64,000 bases of DNA. Origin: Eledone cirrhosa. Its lineage: Eukaryota. Positions 12,765-25,400 of this stretch are shown here, one piece after another (positions within the stretch are counted from its first letter, which is position 1; each line of letters starts with the position of its first letter). A program made the translations under genes and the position numbers. The notes beneath the pieces are model-generated. The model worked only from the letters and a program-made list of their open reading frames with translations, searched no databases and was not told the DNA's origin. The stretch lies in NCBI GenBank assembly GCA_964016885.1, contig OZ024742.1:224874001-224938000 (forward strand). Direction: 5' to 3'.

Positions 12765-12809
12765 AGTCACTGAAGAGGTCACAGAGTGTGTGACGAAAGG
12801 ACTATGACT
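12765..12809 (+). ncRNA. Minimal hammerhead ribozyme in 3' pLTR of copy B
   Basis: agtca-CTGAAGA(12770)-g-gtcaca-gagtg-tgtgac-GAAA(12795)-ggac-TA-tgact. Confidence 0.88.
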
Positions 12810-13221
12810 ATATATAAACAACTATCTGGTTGTGGAACCAACCAACCAGAAATTTATAGGTTTGTAAATTTGTAAATTTATAAATTTATAAATATATAAT
12901 AAATTGAAGTGAAAGCAACTGGTGCGTGTGTTTCTTATTGGCAGCATGACCCTCCCAAAGTATAACAATATCGGTTTCAACACACGATTTCAGATAAAGA
13001 ATCTTGCTAAACAAATTCAGAAACGAAATATATATATATATATATTACATATATATATATACATACATACTCACAAACACACACACACAGTTTCGTGTGT
13101 GTGTTTATATGTATGTATGTATATATATATATACGTAGGAGGTGAGTTTTATTGTAGTACAATAAAGCAATGCAGATATCGGATAAGAAGCACTCTACAG
13201 TTTGTAGGACTGGAGTATACA

Positions 13222-13567
13222 TAATATATAAGATCAAAAGATGGTTAAAAGAGTTCCATGTATTTTATTATGCGCATTTCAAAAACAAATATCATCATGC
13301 AATAACATTTGTGTTTTCATCAGATAAAATAAGAAGACATGATATGAAGGTTAAAAACACTTGTGGATAGTGCAGTTTTAAATCAACATATGTTGATTTA
13401 AAGTTCATATGTTGATTTAAAACTGCACTATCCACAAGTGTTTTTAACCTTCATATCATGTCTTTTTATTTTATCTGATGAAAACACAAATGTTATTGCA
13501 TGATGATATTTGTTTTTGAAATGCGCATAATAAAATACATGGAACTCTTTTAACCATCTTTTGATCT

Positions 13568-13577
<10 letters not shown>
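13222..13577. repeat. Fold-back palindrome with ~170-bp arms
   Basis: The same peptide [19 protein letters not shown] is read on both strands; centre ~13400; abuts (TA)n. Confidence 0.92.
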
Positions 13578-13632
<55 letters not shown>

Positions 13633-13651
13633 CATACATACATATAAACAA

Positions 13652-13692
<41 letters not shown>

Positions 13693-13743
13693 CACACAAA
13701 TATATATATATTTTGTTTTCTGATATATATATATATATATATA

Positions 13744-13798
<55 letters not shown>

Positions 13799-13805
13799 AT
13801 ATATA

Positions 13806-13886
<81 letters not shown>

Positions 13887-13970
13887 GTATATATGTATAT
13901 ATTTATATATATATATATGTATGTTTTATATATATATATATATATGTTTACATGTATGTATGTATGTATG

Positions 13971-14024
<54 letters not shown>

Positions 14025-14080
14025 CATATATATATATGTATATATATATATGTTTATATATGTATATATATGTATATATT

Positions 14081-14113
<33 letters not shown>

Positions 14114-14226
14114 CTATATATATATGTATATATATATATATATATATATACATACATATATATATATATATATAAATATAAATATATACATATATATATA
14201 CATATATATATGTATATATACATACA

Positions 14227-14257
<31 letters not shown>

Positions 14258-14280
14258 GTATATATATATGTATATATTTA

Positions 14281-14343
<63 letters not shown>

Positions 14344-14368
14344 ATATATATATATACACATGTATGTG

Positions 14369-14446
<78 letters not shown>

Positions 14447-14456
14447 TATATGTATG

Positions 14457-14524
<68 letters not shown>

Positions 14525-14660
14525 TATATGTATGTATGTATGTATATATATATATATATATTTGTTTGTGTAATGAAACTAAATAGTAATAGAATATAAT
14601 ATGTGTAAATATAATTATATATGTGTGTGCGTGTGTATGTATATATATATGTGTGTGTGT
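13578..14660. repeat. ~1.1-kb degenerate (TA)n microsatellite
   Basis: Direct reading; it is the source of the YIYI ORFs. Confidence 0.97.
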
Positions 14661-15144
14661 GTTGTCAAATTTCTCATTTATCATCGTCATATTTTTTTAA
14701 TACACAGCTATCCAAAATTAGTTGCTACATTATTACTATTTATAATTATTGTTGTTCTTCGACAGTTTCATGCGAGTTTCTACTGCATCACCTGGTGCAA
14801 CATCATGTTCTTGAGATGTATGCAGCATTGTGTATTCTTAGTGTTACGGAGGGGGGTAGAGGAGACAGTATAGACACCTCATGTTAGTGGACTGTGTCAG
14901 TTTTTTTTATGGGGGTTTAACTTGTAGTTTCTTGTGTTATTTTTAGTGTTTGTCCTGTTGTGTATGCTGTGTCTAATGTGAATTGTGTTGTTTTATTGAG
15001 CAGAGAATATGTTGAGTGCGTCGTGTTTTATTATATTAGAAGCTGTGCTATTGAATCGACCATGTATTGTGTATGATGCGAACTGCTCCTACAGTATGTA
15101 GTGTTGTGAAACCTGGTATAGCTTCTATGTTTTTTCTTTCGTTG

Positions 15145-15600
15145 GTTTGGCAGTATCGGTAGAGCGTCAGACACCATGCTTTGCACCATAGACTTATGGT
15201 CCTTTACGTTCTGAGTTCAAATCCACCGAGGTTAACTTTGCCTTTCATCCTCACGGGATCGATAAAATAAAGCACCAGTAACGTACTGTGTGACGGATCA
15301 CACCTATGCAGGTTTGGCTGGCCTCCTCCAAGCTATATCTCGTTGGAGGTGTCCTGGGTAATTTAATGATAGGGACCCCAGTCCTATCATCTCATTTCTA
15401 CAGCTGAGGAAACTGAAATAAAGTGATTTGCTCAAGGAAACAACACATCACCCGGTCTGAGAATTGAACTCACAACCTTTCGATTGCAAGTCCAATGCTC
15501 TAACCACTAAGTCATGCGCCTTCGCGTACTGGGGTCGATTTAATTAACCTTCCCCTCCCCCAACTTACTGGCCTTGTGCCTATACTAGAAATCATTATTA
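15145..15600 (+). mobile_element. tRNA-derived SINE (family 1) interrupted by a second SINE
   Basis: Box A tggcagtatcgg, box B gagttcaaatcc, core ttgcctttcatcc..gataaaataaag, tail ggccttgtgcc..agaaatcattatta. Confidence 0.85.
15289..15524 (-). mobile_element. tRNA-derived SINE (family 2, CORE-like) nested with a 7-bp TSD
   Basis: Minus strand head tgacttagtggttagagc..gagttcaattc, then ccttgagcaaatcactt; TSD cgtactg at 15282 and 15525. Confidence 0.75.
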
Positions 15601-15610
15601 GTTATAGCCT

Positions 15611-16037
15611 AGGGCGGTGGATTGGCAGTATCGGTAGAGGGTCGGACGCCATGCTTTCCAGCATAGTTACATCCCTTTACGATCTGAGTTCAAATCCCGC
15701 CGAGGTTGACTTTGCCTTTCATCCTTACGGGGTCGATAAAATAAAGTACCAGTAATACACTGGAGTAATTGCTGGCCTTGTGCCAAAAGTGGTGAATTGG
15801 CAGTATCGGTAGAGGGTTGGACGCCATGCTTTCTAGCATAGTTACGTACCTTTGCGGTCTGAGTTCAAATCCCATCGCGTGGATTGGCAGTATCGGTAGA
15901 GGGTCGGACGCCATGCTTTGACGCAAAGAGTTACGGCCTTTGCCATTCTGAGTTCAAATCCCATCGAGGTTAATGTTGCCTTTCATCCTTCCGGGTTCGA
16001 TAAAATAAAGTACCAGTAATCTACTGGGTAATTGCTG
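15611..16037 (+). mobile_element. Three tandem family-1 SINE copies (15611-15790, 15791-15878 truncated, 15879-16037)
   Basis: Repeated ttggcagtatcggtagaggg..gagttcaaatccc heads and gcctttcatcc cores. Confidence 0.88.
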
Positions 16038-16412
16038 GAAAGTCAGGGTGGAGAGACAAGTGCTGTCTTCTAGGAAGTTTGTTGAAAGGTGGGTAAAAGT
16101 GGCGAGTCTGGTCTGAGTGAACGGGCACGCTCTGAGTATGCGGCTGTAGACTAAGGAGTGGAAAACTGAGAGAGGGCTCTTGCCCTGGTAGTCAGGGTGG
16201 CCGTGGTCTTTTGTGTGGTTTTCGCAACGAGTGACCCTCGGAAGTTTCCCCCCTGTTGGGGAATTTTTTGCTGTTTGAATTTTTTTGATATTTCTATCTT
16301 CTTGTTATAACCTTTTTTTACACTGACAAAACCCACTTTGTATCGTCCTGTACCGTTCTGTGCCATCTGTAATGTTTTTCTTCATATTAGCCCTTGTGGC
16401 CAATAAAGAAAC

Positions 16413-16452
<40 letters not shown>
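16038..16452 (+). mobile_element. Tx1-clade LINE 3' fragment (P0) with (ATT)n tail
   Basis: Encodes KVRVERQVLSSRKFVERWVKVA like the ORF2 ends below; ends cccttgtggccAATAAAgaaacc(att)n. Confidence 0.85.
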
Positions 16453-16669
16453 GAATGCTATGGTTGACGGAGGCTCGGCTCTGTAAGGTATTGTAAATTT
16501 TGAACGCTATAACAATTGTAAATTGTTTAAAACTTTAACCAACTTGTAGACAAAAACACCCTCCTCCTCGTGAGAGGGGTCTTTCTGCCCGTTATTTGGC
16601 CCTTCGGGGTTAAATAACTGCTTATTGGGGTTTTGTGCCCAATATTTATTTTAAACAAAAAAAAACAAC

Positions 16670-18238
16670 ATGGCTACGAAAAAGAATTTTCATAGGTCAC
16701 TCCCACTCATTCCGTCTTCTTCTTCCTCAATCGTCACTACAGCAAAGAGAAGATTGTCTCTCTCCCTCCCTTCTTTAAATGTGTCTCTCTCTCCCTCCAT
16801 TCTCTTTCGCAAGCGACGACAGAAAAGAAAAGTCTCGTGCAAAGCGTGCAAGATTTCTCCATGACGACGACGACAACGACGAAAAAGGTGTGCGGGAAAT
16901 ACGAAAACCCATTTCATTCGTCTGACGTCAGGAATAATAGCAGTAGCAGCCGTAATAACAACAGCAACAGTGACAATGAAAACAACAGTAGCAGCCGCAA
17001 CAGCATCAGCAGCAGCATAAACAACAACAGCATTAGCAGCAGCAACAACAACAACAACCACAGCAACAGCGGCGGCGGCAGTAGTCGTAGTACCTGCAGC
17101 AACAACAAAAGTAACAGCAGCTCTGACGACAACAACAACAACAACAACAACAGCAGCAAAGAAAAACCAATCTCGTTTGCAGGTATCGCAAAGAACCTGG
17201 AAACCATCCTCATAACAAATGAGGAATTAGAGGAAGCGAAGAAGATGGTGACAAAGAATGGACACAGAGCAATCTGCAAGGCAGCGGAAAATTTTTTCGA
17301 AACCCAACAGCACTGTACGGTCACGTACCGTACAACAAGTACAAAATCCCGTAGGGTTGAAAGAGCCACAGAGGCTCAAATACAAAAAGCCTTGGGGTCT
17401 GTGTGGCAGCGGAAAACGCACATCACCCGAGGCAAGAAATATGCCACCGTAGACGTACTTTTTGCCACACCCCAGGAGGCAAAGGCTCAATCCTTAGTGA
17501 CCATAAGTAGCGAGGAAATGGTGTTGGTGCCCTCCTACTGCGGGCAAAAATTGTGAGGGTCAAACTGACCCACGTCCCCCCCCCCCCCCCCCCGGGATGG
17601 CCCCTTCTTCGCTGGCCGCGTCTGTCCTCGTCGGAATCGAGGACAAAACAACTGTACTGCAAGTACAGAATAAAGTAAGAGAAGATTGGATCGGCACCTC
17701 CATTGAGATGTTAATCCAAACCAACCAGGAGTGCATCGAAGCTATCCCGGATGTGATAGACTTCGATAACGGCACTCAACTGCCCATAAGTGTTGAGGGC
17801 AAACGCCCGAAATGCTTTCGTTGTGGATCGAAGACTCACCTCAGGGCCTTCTGCAACGAGAAGACCCTGAGAAAGGAGAAAACCCCCCTCCTTCCGAAAC
17901 CGGCTCCACGGCTACCAGTAACAGGACAAGCGGCAACCAGGAACGATAGGTCCGTGGCACCCATACTCACGCCACGGAAATCAAAAACAGCAGCAGCAGT
18001 GGAAGTATTAACAACAACAACAACAGCAATACCAAATGCAGCTGCAACAGAGACTCCAGTGCAAACATCACCAACAACAACAAGTGAAAGAGTGGAGCTG
18101 GTACCCCTCCCCGACCTCACAGAATCAGACATGGAGTGTGAGGTGGGAGAGGGATGGCAAAAGGTCGTAAGAAGGCACAAACGCAGAAGCAGCGCATCGT
18201 CGCCTTTGAAAAGGGAGGAAAGAAATGAAAAAGGGTAA
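16670..18238 (+). pseudogene. P1 ORF1 (gag-like, CCHC knuckle), frameshifted
   Basis: VEGKRPKCFRCGSKTHLRAFC; break at a poly-C run near 17576-17593; may extend to ~18700. Confidence 0.8.
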
Positions 18239-18736
18239 AGTCTACTGCAAAGAGACTCACAGCAGCAACACCACCAACACCATCACCACCCACACTAGCA
18301 CCACCATCACCACCGGCGACAAAATAGCAGAACCACACCCCACCCCCAGAAAAACAAATGCACGGCAATAAATACACACAACAAGAAACTAATGACTTAC
18401 ATAATTGAACACACAGACATTTCACAACACGACTACATAATACCAGCACCAATCAAAACGCCAACTAACATAAGACTGCTAAAAATAGCACAGAAACAAT
18501 ACACAAACATTAAAACAAAATTCCCCAACGCAGTTGGTGATTTCAGAGACCTAGGAGGAACTATCAACCGAAGAGTATATTCGGACATACTCATAGAAGA
18601 GCCGACGACCAGCCGAAGGGATGATTCAACGGTCCCTTCACCAGACGATCAAGTGAAAAGGGATGGAAAAAACCATCCCTCCTCTACGAAAAGTACGGTA
18701 AGTGGTCTTTCCCATCTTTTCCACTCTATTTTAAAC

Positions 18737-21700
18737 ATGACCTCACTCAGAATAGGCAGCATAAATGCGCGTGGCTTGGGGTCGTCATGGTAGCAGGATC
18801 ACCTCCTCAACGACCTCAGGTCACTAAACATAGATGTAGTGGCCATCAGCGAGACCAGAATCTCCGAAGCACGGTCCTTCGCACCGATCTTCGGCAGCTA
18901 CGATGTGTACGCATCTCCCAGCCGTCCTGGATCGGGGGGGGGGGGGTTGCTGTGCTTTTTCGGTGAGGTTTGGATCTCGCCATACGGGCCATCTTCCTGG
19001 ACCCAGAGGGTAAGTTGGTGGTGCTGGACGTGACCAGCGGAGACGGGCAAGCTTTCAGGCTAGTGGCCGTCTATGCCCCGACAGGAGCAGGGCGGCCTGA
19101 TTTCTTCCGGCGTCTGGAGACCTTTCTTGGAACTGCCGCTCTTTAGTGTTAGTGGGCGACTGGAACGGGATCTTAGATGCACGCTGGGACTGTATCGGAT
19201 TGGCGGATAGGGGTGGAGGGCGCAAGAGCCTCACCAACCTGCTCAGGCGTTTTGAACTGTCTGACAGGTACCGATTGGATTTCCCGAATGTGCCAGTGTG
19301 GACTTGGACAAATCGCATAGGGTCATCCAGATCATATCTAGATAGAGTATTTTGTAGGGAAATAGTTACGTCTAGCATAGGCTGTCCACAATTCAAGATA
19401 GTCAGCTACACGGACCACAAATTCGTGATCTGTGTGCTTGACATAGATAGGCTTCATTGACGAGGACCCGGCTACTGGAAGCTAAACGCGTCCTTACCAG
19501 CGCGCAAGGCCTACAGAGACCGGATTAGAGAACTAGTTAAGCGGGCGTTGACGGGGGCCATCGTCAACAACAAGTGGTGGTTTGCTCTGAAAAGAGCGAT
19601 TAGAATAGAATCGATTAGGTTTAGTAAGGCTTTAGCAATAGAGAAAAATAGAGCAGAGGGAGAACTAGTTAGAAAATTAGACGAGGCGCTTAGCAAAGGC
19701 ATTGCGACCGACGTGCTTGCGGCAAAATTGGCCCTTGACCAATTCTTCAATGCAAAGCACGAAGGCTGCGTTGTCAGATCTAGGGTGCGTGCTCTCAGAC
19801 ACGAGGGGACGAAAGCCGTTCAATGTGCCCGAGTGGCGGAGGCGCGACGTGGCAACACAGCCACGATCCGGTCTTTGGTGGACCACGACGGGCGCATGCT
19901 ACTCGATCCCGGGCAAATGTGTGAAGCTTTTCAGCGACACTTCGCTCAACTGTTCGGGGGAAGTGGCGGGCCGAATCGAGGGATGGACTTTAGTGTCTAC
20001 CTTTAGTGTCTACCTTTAGTGTCTACCTTTAGTGTCTGCGGCTCTCGGCCACTGAGGCGGGGTGTTGCGAAAAGCCGATAACAGCCGCTGAAGTAAGGGA
20101 GGCAATGACTGGCTGCACAAGGGGTAAATCGCCTGGTTTGGATGGTCTGCCCTATGAACTTTACGTACAAATGCCAGACTTGTTTGGAGGCCTCTTGGCG
20201 GACGTCTACTGCAACTGGCAACAGAACGGGAGAATTCCCAGCTCTGTGAGCCGAGGAGCGGTGGCGCTGCTGAGAATGGATCCGAACAAGGGGGATAACA
20301 TAGATAATTTTAGGCCCATAACTCTGCTAAACACAGAGTTCAAGATTTTGGCCAAGGTGCTAGCAAAGAGGTTGGCGCTTGTCGTTGGTGGTCTGGTGGG
20401 AGAGGCGCAGATATGCGCCATTCCCGACAGATCCATCCACGACAACCTCCACCTCATGCGATACATCGTAGAGAGGGTAGCTAGGGAACCTGGCACGGGT
20501 GGGTCTTTGATCAATTTAGATCAGTCGAAAGCCTTCGATAGGGTCGACCATCGTTACCTAGCGGCAGTCCTGAGGGCGGCTGGCTTTGGGCCCGTCTTCA
20601 GAGGCTGGATCGCTGCCATGCACAGCGACATCTGCTCTGTAGTGAGAGTGAACGGTCACCTTTCGGAACCGTTCAACATCATGCGCTTGGTCCGCGAAGG
20701 ATGTCCCCTCTCGTCCCTATTGTACGTATTGACTCTCGAGCCATTACTGCACAAACTGGAGACGTTGAGGGGGGTCCCGCGCGAACTAGGATGCGGAAGA
20801 TCCGTGTCAGCATATGCGGACGATGTCACCGTAGTGGTGTCGAACGCCAAACACATCGAGGCGATCGGCACTACACTGAGTGAATACGAAGCGGTGACAG
20901 GAGCAATGATCAACCAGGAAAAGTCAGTGGGCCTGCAGCTCGGCACCTGGAGAGGCAGGTCCATGCCGTCCAATAGCGTCGTCGGGCGCTGGATGGACGG
21001 ACCGGTTAAATTGCTAGGGGTCTGGTTCGGTCCAGACCTCCAGACGGACAAAAATTGGGACCGGGTGACGAGCAGGGTGGCTTCTCTCACCCAGAAATGG
21101 GCCGAGAGGAAGCTATCCCTGAAAGGTCGAGCGGAGGTGGCTAACGCGTACATCGCGTCCGTCATCTACTACCGCCTGACCGTCGTACCTTGTCCTAAGC
21201 CCCGCCTGACTGCGCTGGAGCGTTTGCTCTTTCGCTTTTTGTGGAAGGGACGCGCTCCGATGGTCACTCGGTCCATCTGCTGTCAACACCCGCTACGTGG
21301 AGGGCTGGGCATGCCGTGGCTGATGATGCGCAGACACGCGCTCAGGCTACGACATCTCCACCTCTTCCTCGACGGTGATCAGGTGTGGTCGCCGTTTGCT
21401 AGACACGTCTATCCCCAGCTCGTCGCCTTGACGGAGCTGCAGTCCTGGGTCAAGCGAAGACCGAGAGGGAGCGCTTGGAGACTGGAATGTCTTCAGGCGC
21501 TCACAGCCCTCGACCAATCTGGCAATGTGATCGGTGGAAACTCCACCTTGGCGTTCTATAGAGGATTAGTGGAGGGGAAGAGCGACGACGTACTTGGAGA
21601 AACTCTAGGCGCCTACGAATATCAACTAGCCAATCTCTTCGGAAGGACTTTCGGGCCGGGGCCTATGGACAACTTCCAGAAATCCCTGGCCTGGCAGTGC

Positions 21701-22162
21701 TACCGGGGAGCTTTGCCAGTTCGGGATAAACTCTACAGGCATGGAGGTGCCGTCAGCCGGGCATGTCCGAGATGCGCGCAGGGCGACGAAACCGTCCTGC
21801 ACGCAGTCGTCCAGTGTCCGAGCATTGCTGACTTGTGGGTTTATGTCGAACACCTGCTGTCACGTGTAGGAGGGATCCAGCTATCAGCTGAGTCCATCGT
21901 AAGGATTTCCCCGCCCTCTTCCTTTAGCCAGGAAAGGCAGGCAGTTTTTATCTGTCTGGTGGCCATGGCGAAAGAGATAGTATGGTGGACACGTTTGAAA
22001 GGGCTGAAGACGAGCACTTACCTCTTCGGTGATGCCCTGATTAACTTTTTCAAATTTCATTTGAAAAGGAAAATCAGGGTAGAGAGGGAAGTGCTCTCTT
22101 CCCAGCATTTTGTTGAAAGATGGGTGAGAGAAGCAAGTATGGCCCGAGTGAATATACTCTGA
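18737..22162 (+). pseudogene. P1 ORF2 (APE endonuclease + RT), disrupted
   Basis: SINARGL, ISETR, GDWN, SYLDR, TDHK; KSPGLDG, FRPITLLN, LDQSKAFD, EGCPLS, AYADD, CPRC..ETVLH; several stops and frameshifts upstream of 20105. Confidence 0.92.
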
Positions 22163-22417
22163 GTATGTGTCTGTAAATTAAAGGTGGAAAACTGGGAGAG
22201 GGCACTTGCCCTGGTGATCAGGTTCACTGTGGTCTTTTAATGGGCTTTCTCCACAAATGTCCCTCGGAAGTCTCCCCCCTATTGGGGAATTTTTCTTTGT
22301 TATTTTATTACATCCTCTGTTTTTTACACGCAGAAATGCCCATTTGTACCGTCCTGTATTGTCCTGTACTGTCCTTAATGTCTACTTTATGTAAACCCTT
22401 GTGGTTAATAAAGAAAA

Positions 22418-22481
<64 letters not shown>

Positions 22482-22482
22482 G

Positions 22483-25400
22483 GTCTAAGCGGACGTATTT
22501 TGCTCGCTCACAGTGAGTCGCTTTATTTGCCTGTTAAAATTATTTGTTGTTAAATATTTCTTGTTGTGTAAGGGATATAAGCCCTTAGACTTTGCCCCGT
22601 GAAGGGGAAAGTATAATATTTGAGCCTTTTGGCCCAAATATTTGAACTCTTTTTACATGTTAAAAAATTTACGAAGAAAAAAAAAACATGGCTGAGCCAC
22701 GCCTCCCAGCGATATGTCGGCTGTCGTGCGACAACGACGTAGAAGTTGAAAGGAGCGCTACAGCGAAATTAACACAAATTGATAACACAAATACCACCAC
22801 AAACAAGGTAAACAAAGACACCAATGATACCAATAAGAACTCTAATTTTGAAAAAATGGACAGTAACAGCGACAACGAAAATACAGATAACAAAAAAAAT
22901 ATAACAATACAACAACAATATCAACACCACTAACATGAAAACAAATATCGACAACACCAACAGCAACAATACCAACTGCACCGAGAACAACGGTGGTAAC
23001 AAAGACAACAATGATAACAGCGACAGTGCTAACAACAACACCAACAAGAACAACGACAACGACCACAACACCCGCAACGAAAACAAGAAGAACACTTTCG
23101 CTGCGGCAGCAGCCAAAAAGAGGCCATGCTTCAATATGGACCTCTCAAACAAAGATGAAAAGTTTGCCCAGGCATGGAAGCTCATCAAGCAAGAGCAAAC
23201 CTGGGCCAACTTAAGTAAGTGTCCCGGTAGAAGCTATTGAGGCAGTGGAGCGCAGAACGGTGCATTATAGATGCATCTCAGCACAAACCAAAAGGGCAGC
23301 TTTAATCCCACAAGAAGATGTCGAAGTCGCGCTGAGATGCATCAGACAAGACACCGAATACATAGAGAGGGGCAGACAGTACGGCACCATTTCGGTGTTG
23401 TTCAAGTCAGAAGCCCTTGATATGAAACACGCTATGACTCCTTGCAAAACCAGCAAGGTCATAATGTACCCCTCCCACATGGGAAAAAGAACGCCCGTCT
23501 CCGCATTCCCAGAATCCCACCAGGACTTGACATGTGGTGGCTTCTGGGATGTGTGATTGTGGAGGAGACGGATAGCGTCCCTATAGAAGTGACCAGAACG
23601 GCCAGAGAGGACTCGTCCGGGATTGACCTGGAGATCCTTCTCCAGATCAGGCCCGAGAATGTGAAGACAATCCCGGACCACATCCGCCTTCAGAATGGGA
23701 CGGTCATTCACATTATGACCGAAGGCAAACGGCCACAGTGTTTTGTTTGAGGGGGAAAACCCATTTGCGAGCCTTCTGCCCTCAACTACTGAAAGAGGCA
23801 ATGGGTCGAAAGGCTCCACTGCTGCGGACGCCGGGGCGAGAACCACAACCAACACCAGCACCGGCAAAACCACCAACAACAACACCAATAGAAAGACCAC
23901 CACCCACGCAAACATCTCTCCAATAACACCAACATCAACACCACCATCACCATCACCAGAATCCCCCAAACGCAAACAACCTGAACAGACGCAAGAACAA
24001 ATATACACACAAACATCTGAAACCACAGACACCGCACTCACAACAAACACAGATACAACCGAAACAACACCACCAAAACCATCACCACCACAGCCACGCA
24101 AACAAATAAAATCACACCAAAAAAAGATACAAAACTTCGTGCTCGTCAGGAGGGCCAACAAGGAACTGATGGCCCTCGTAGCACGAAGTGAAAATATATA
24201 AAAAGAGGGGGAAATTTTTAAATCGAGCACATTTCGCGTGCCGGAAGATTTGGTTCTGGTGCGAATGTCGCTCGATATATTCAAATAAATACGAGACATC
24301 TTTCCTCGGGACGTGGGAACCCCGAACGTAAAACCCACTTCAAGACTTTTAAAGGGGTTCCCAAAAGAAACCCCACTAACTATGGAGGTCGAACAACGCG
24401 ACCTTCACAAGAGCCCGGAAGGTAAGTAAACCTTCCTCTCTCGCTTTTTAACCTGCCAACATGGCCGTATTAAGAGTAGGATGTTTAAATGTTCGAGGCC
24501 TGGGATCGTCCTGGAAGCAGGGTCACCTGCTTAACGACCTCAGGTCTATAGAAATGTATGTAATTGCCGTCAGCGAGACCAAGATTTCCGACACGCGCGC
24601 ACTAGCCCCCCTTTTCGACGACTATCAGATCTTTGTATCTGTTAGCCGGCCGAGAATGGGAGGCGGGATGGCAGTGCTGTTTAGGAAAGGCCTGGATCTC
24701 GAGGTAAGGTCGATCTTCCGGGACACGGACGGGAAGTTGGTGGTCCTGGACGTGAACAATAATGAAGGTGGTGCCTTTAGACTGGTGGCCGTCTATGCTC
24801 CTACTGGGGCATGACAGCCGGACTTCTTTAGACGCCTGGAAGCCTTTCTGGGTACGTCTCGCCCTTTACTGTTAGCGGGGGACTGGAACGGCATCTTAGA
24901 CGCACGCTGGGACTGTGTGGGAGTATCCGATAGGAGCGGGGGTTCAAAAGCCTCAAGAACCTGATCAGCCAGTTCCAACTGTCTGACAGGTACCAACTAG
25001 ATTTCCCTAATGCGCCAGTGTGGACCTGGGCTAACCGCATAGGGTCATCTAGATCGTATATAGACAGGATATTCATTAGGAAAATAGACAGAAATAGTGT
25101 AGGCTTTCCACGTTTTAAAACGGTCGCCTATTCAGATCACAAGTTTGTGATCTGTATGGGCGACCTAGATAAGACGCGTGGGTTAGGACCCGGTTAGTGG
25201 AAGCTAAACATGTCATTTCCGGCACGTAAGGCTTACAGGGACCAGGTCAACAATTTAGTTAAGAAAAAATTGACAATAATAGATGGTGGGGGGGCTCTCA
25301 AAAGAGAGATTAGAGTAATGTCGATAGAGTTTAGCAAAGAAGTAGCGTTAGAGAAAAATAGAAAGGAGGGGGAGTTGGTAGATAAGTTAGATGAGGCATT

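Larger units (their letters stand above)
9745..13030 (+). mobile_element. Penelope-like retroelement copy B (5'-truncated, inverted relative to A)
   Basis: Near-identical reverse complement of 5297-8581. The 3' pLTR restarts the ORF ([15 protein letters not shown]) and ends in (TA)n. Confidence 0.93.
16453..22482 (+). mobile_element. Full-length decayed Tx1-clade LINE (P1) with (ATT)n tail
   Basis: 5'UTR, ORF1 with zinc knuckle, ORF2 APE-RT, 3'UTR, AATAAA, (ATT)n at 22419-22482. Confidence 0.92.

Noticed and set aside
15611-15700. tRNA genes
   Set aside because: The box A/B heads belong to SINEs; there is no full cloverleaf, and each continues into the SINE core.
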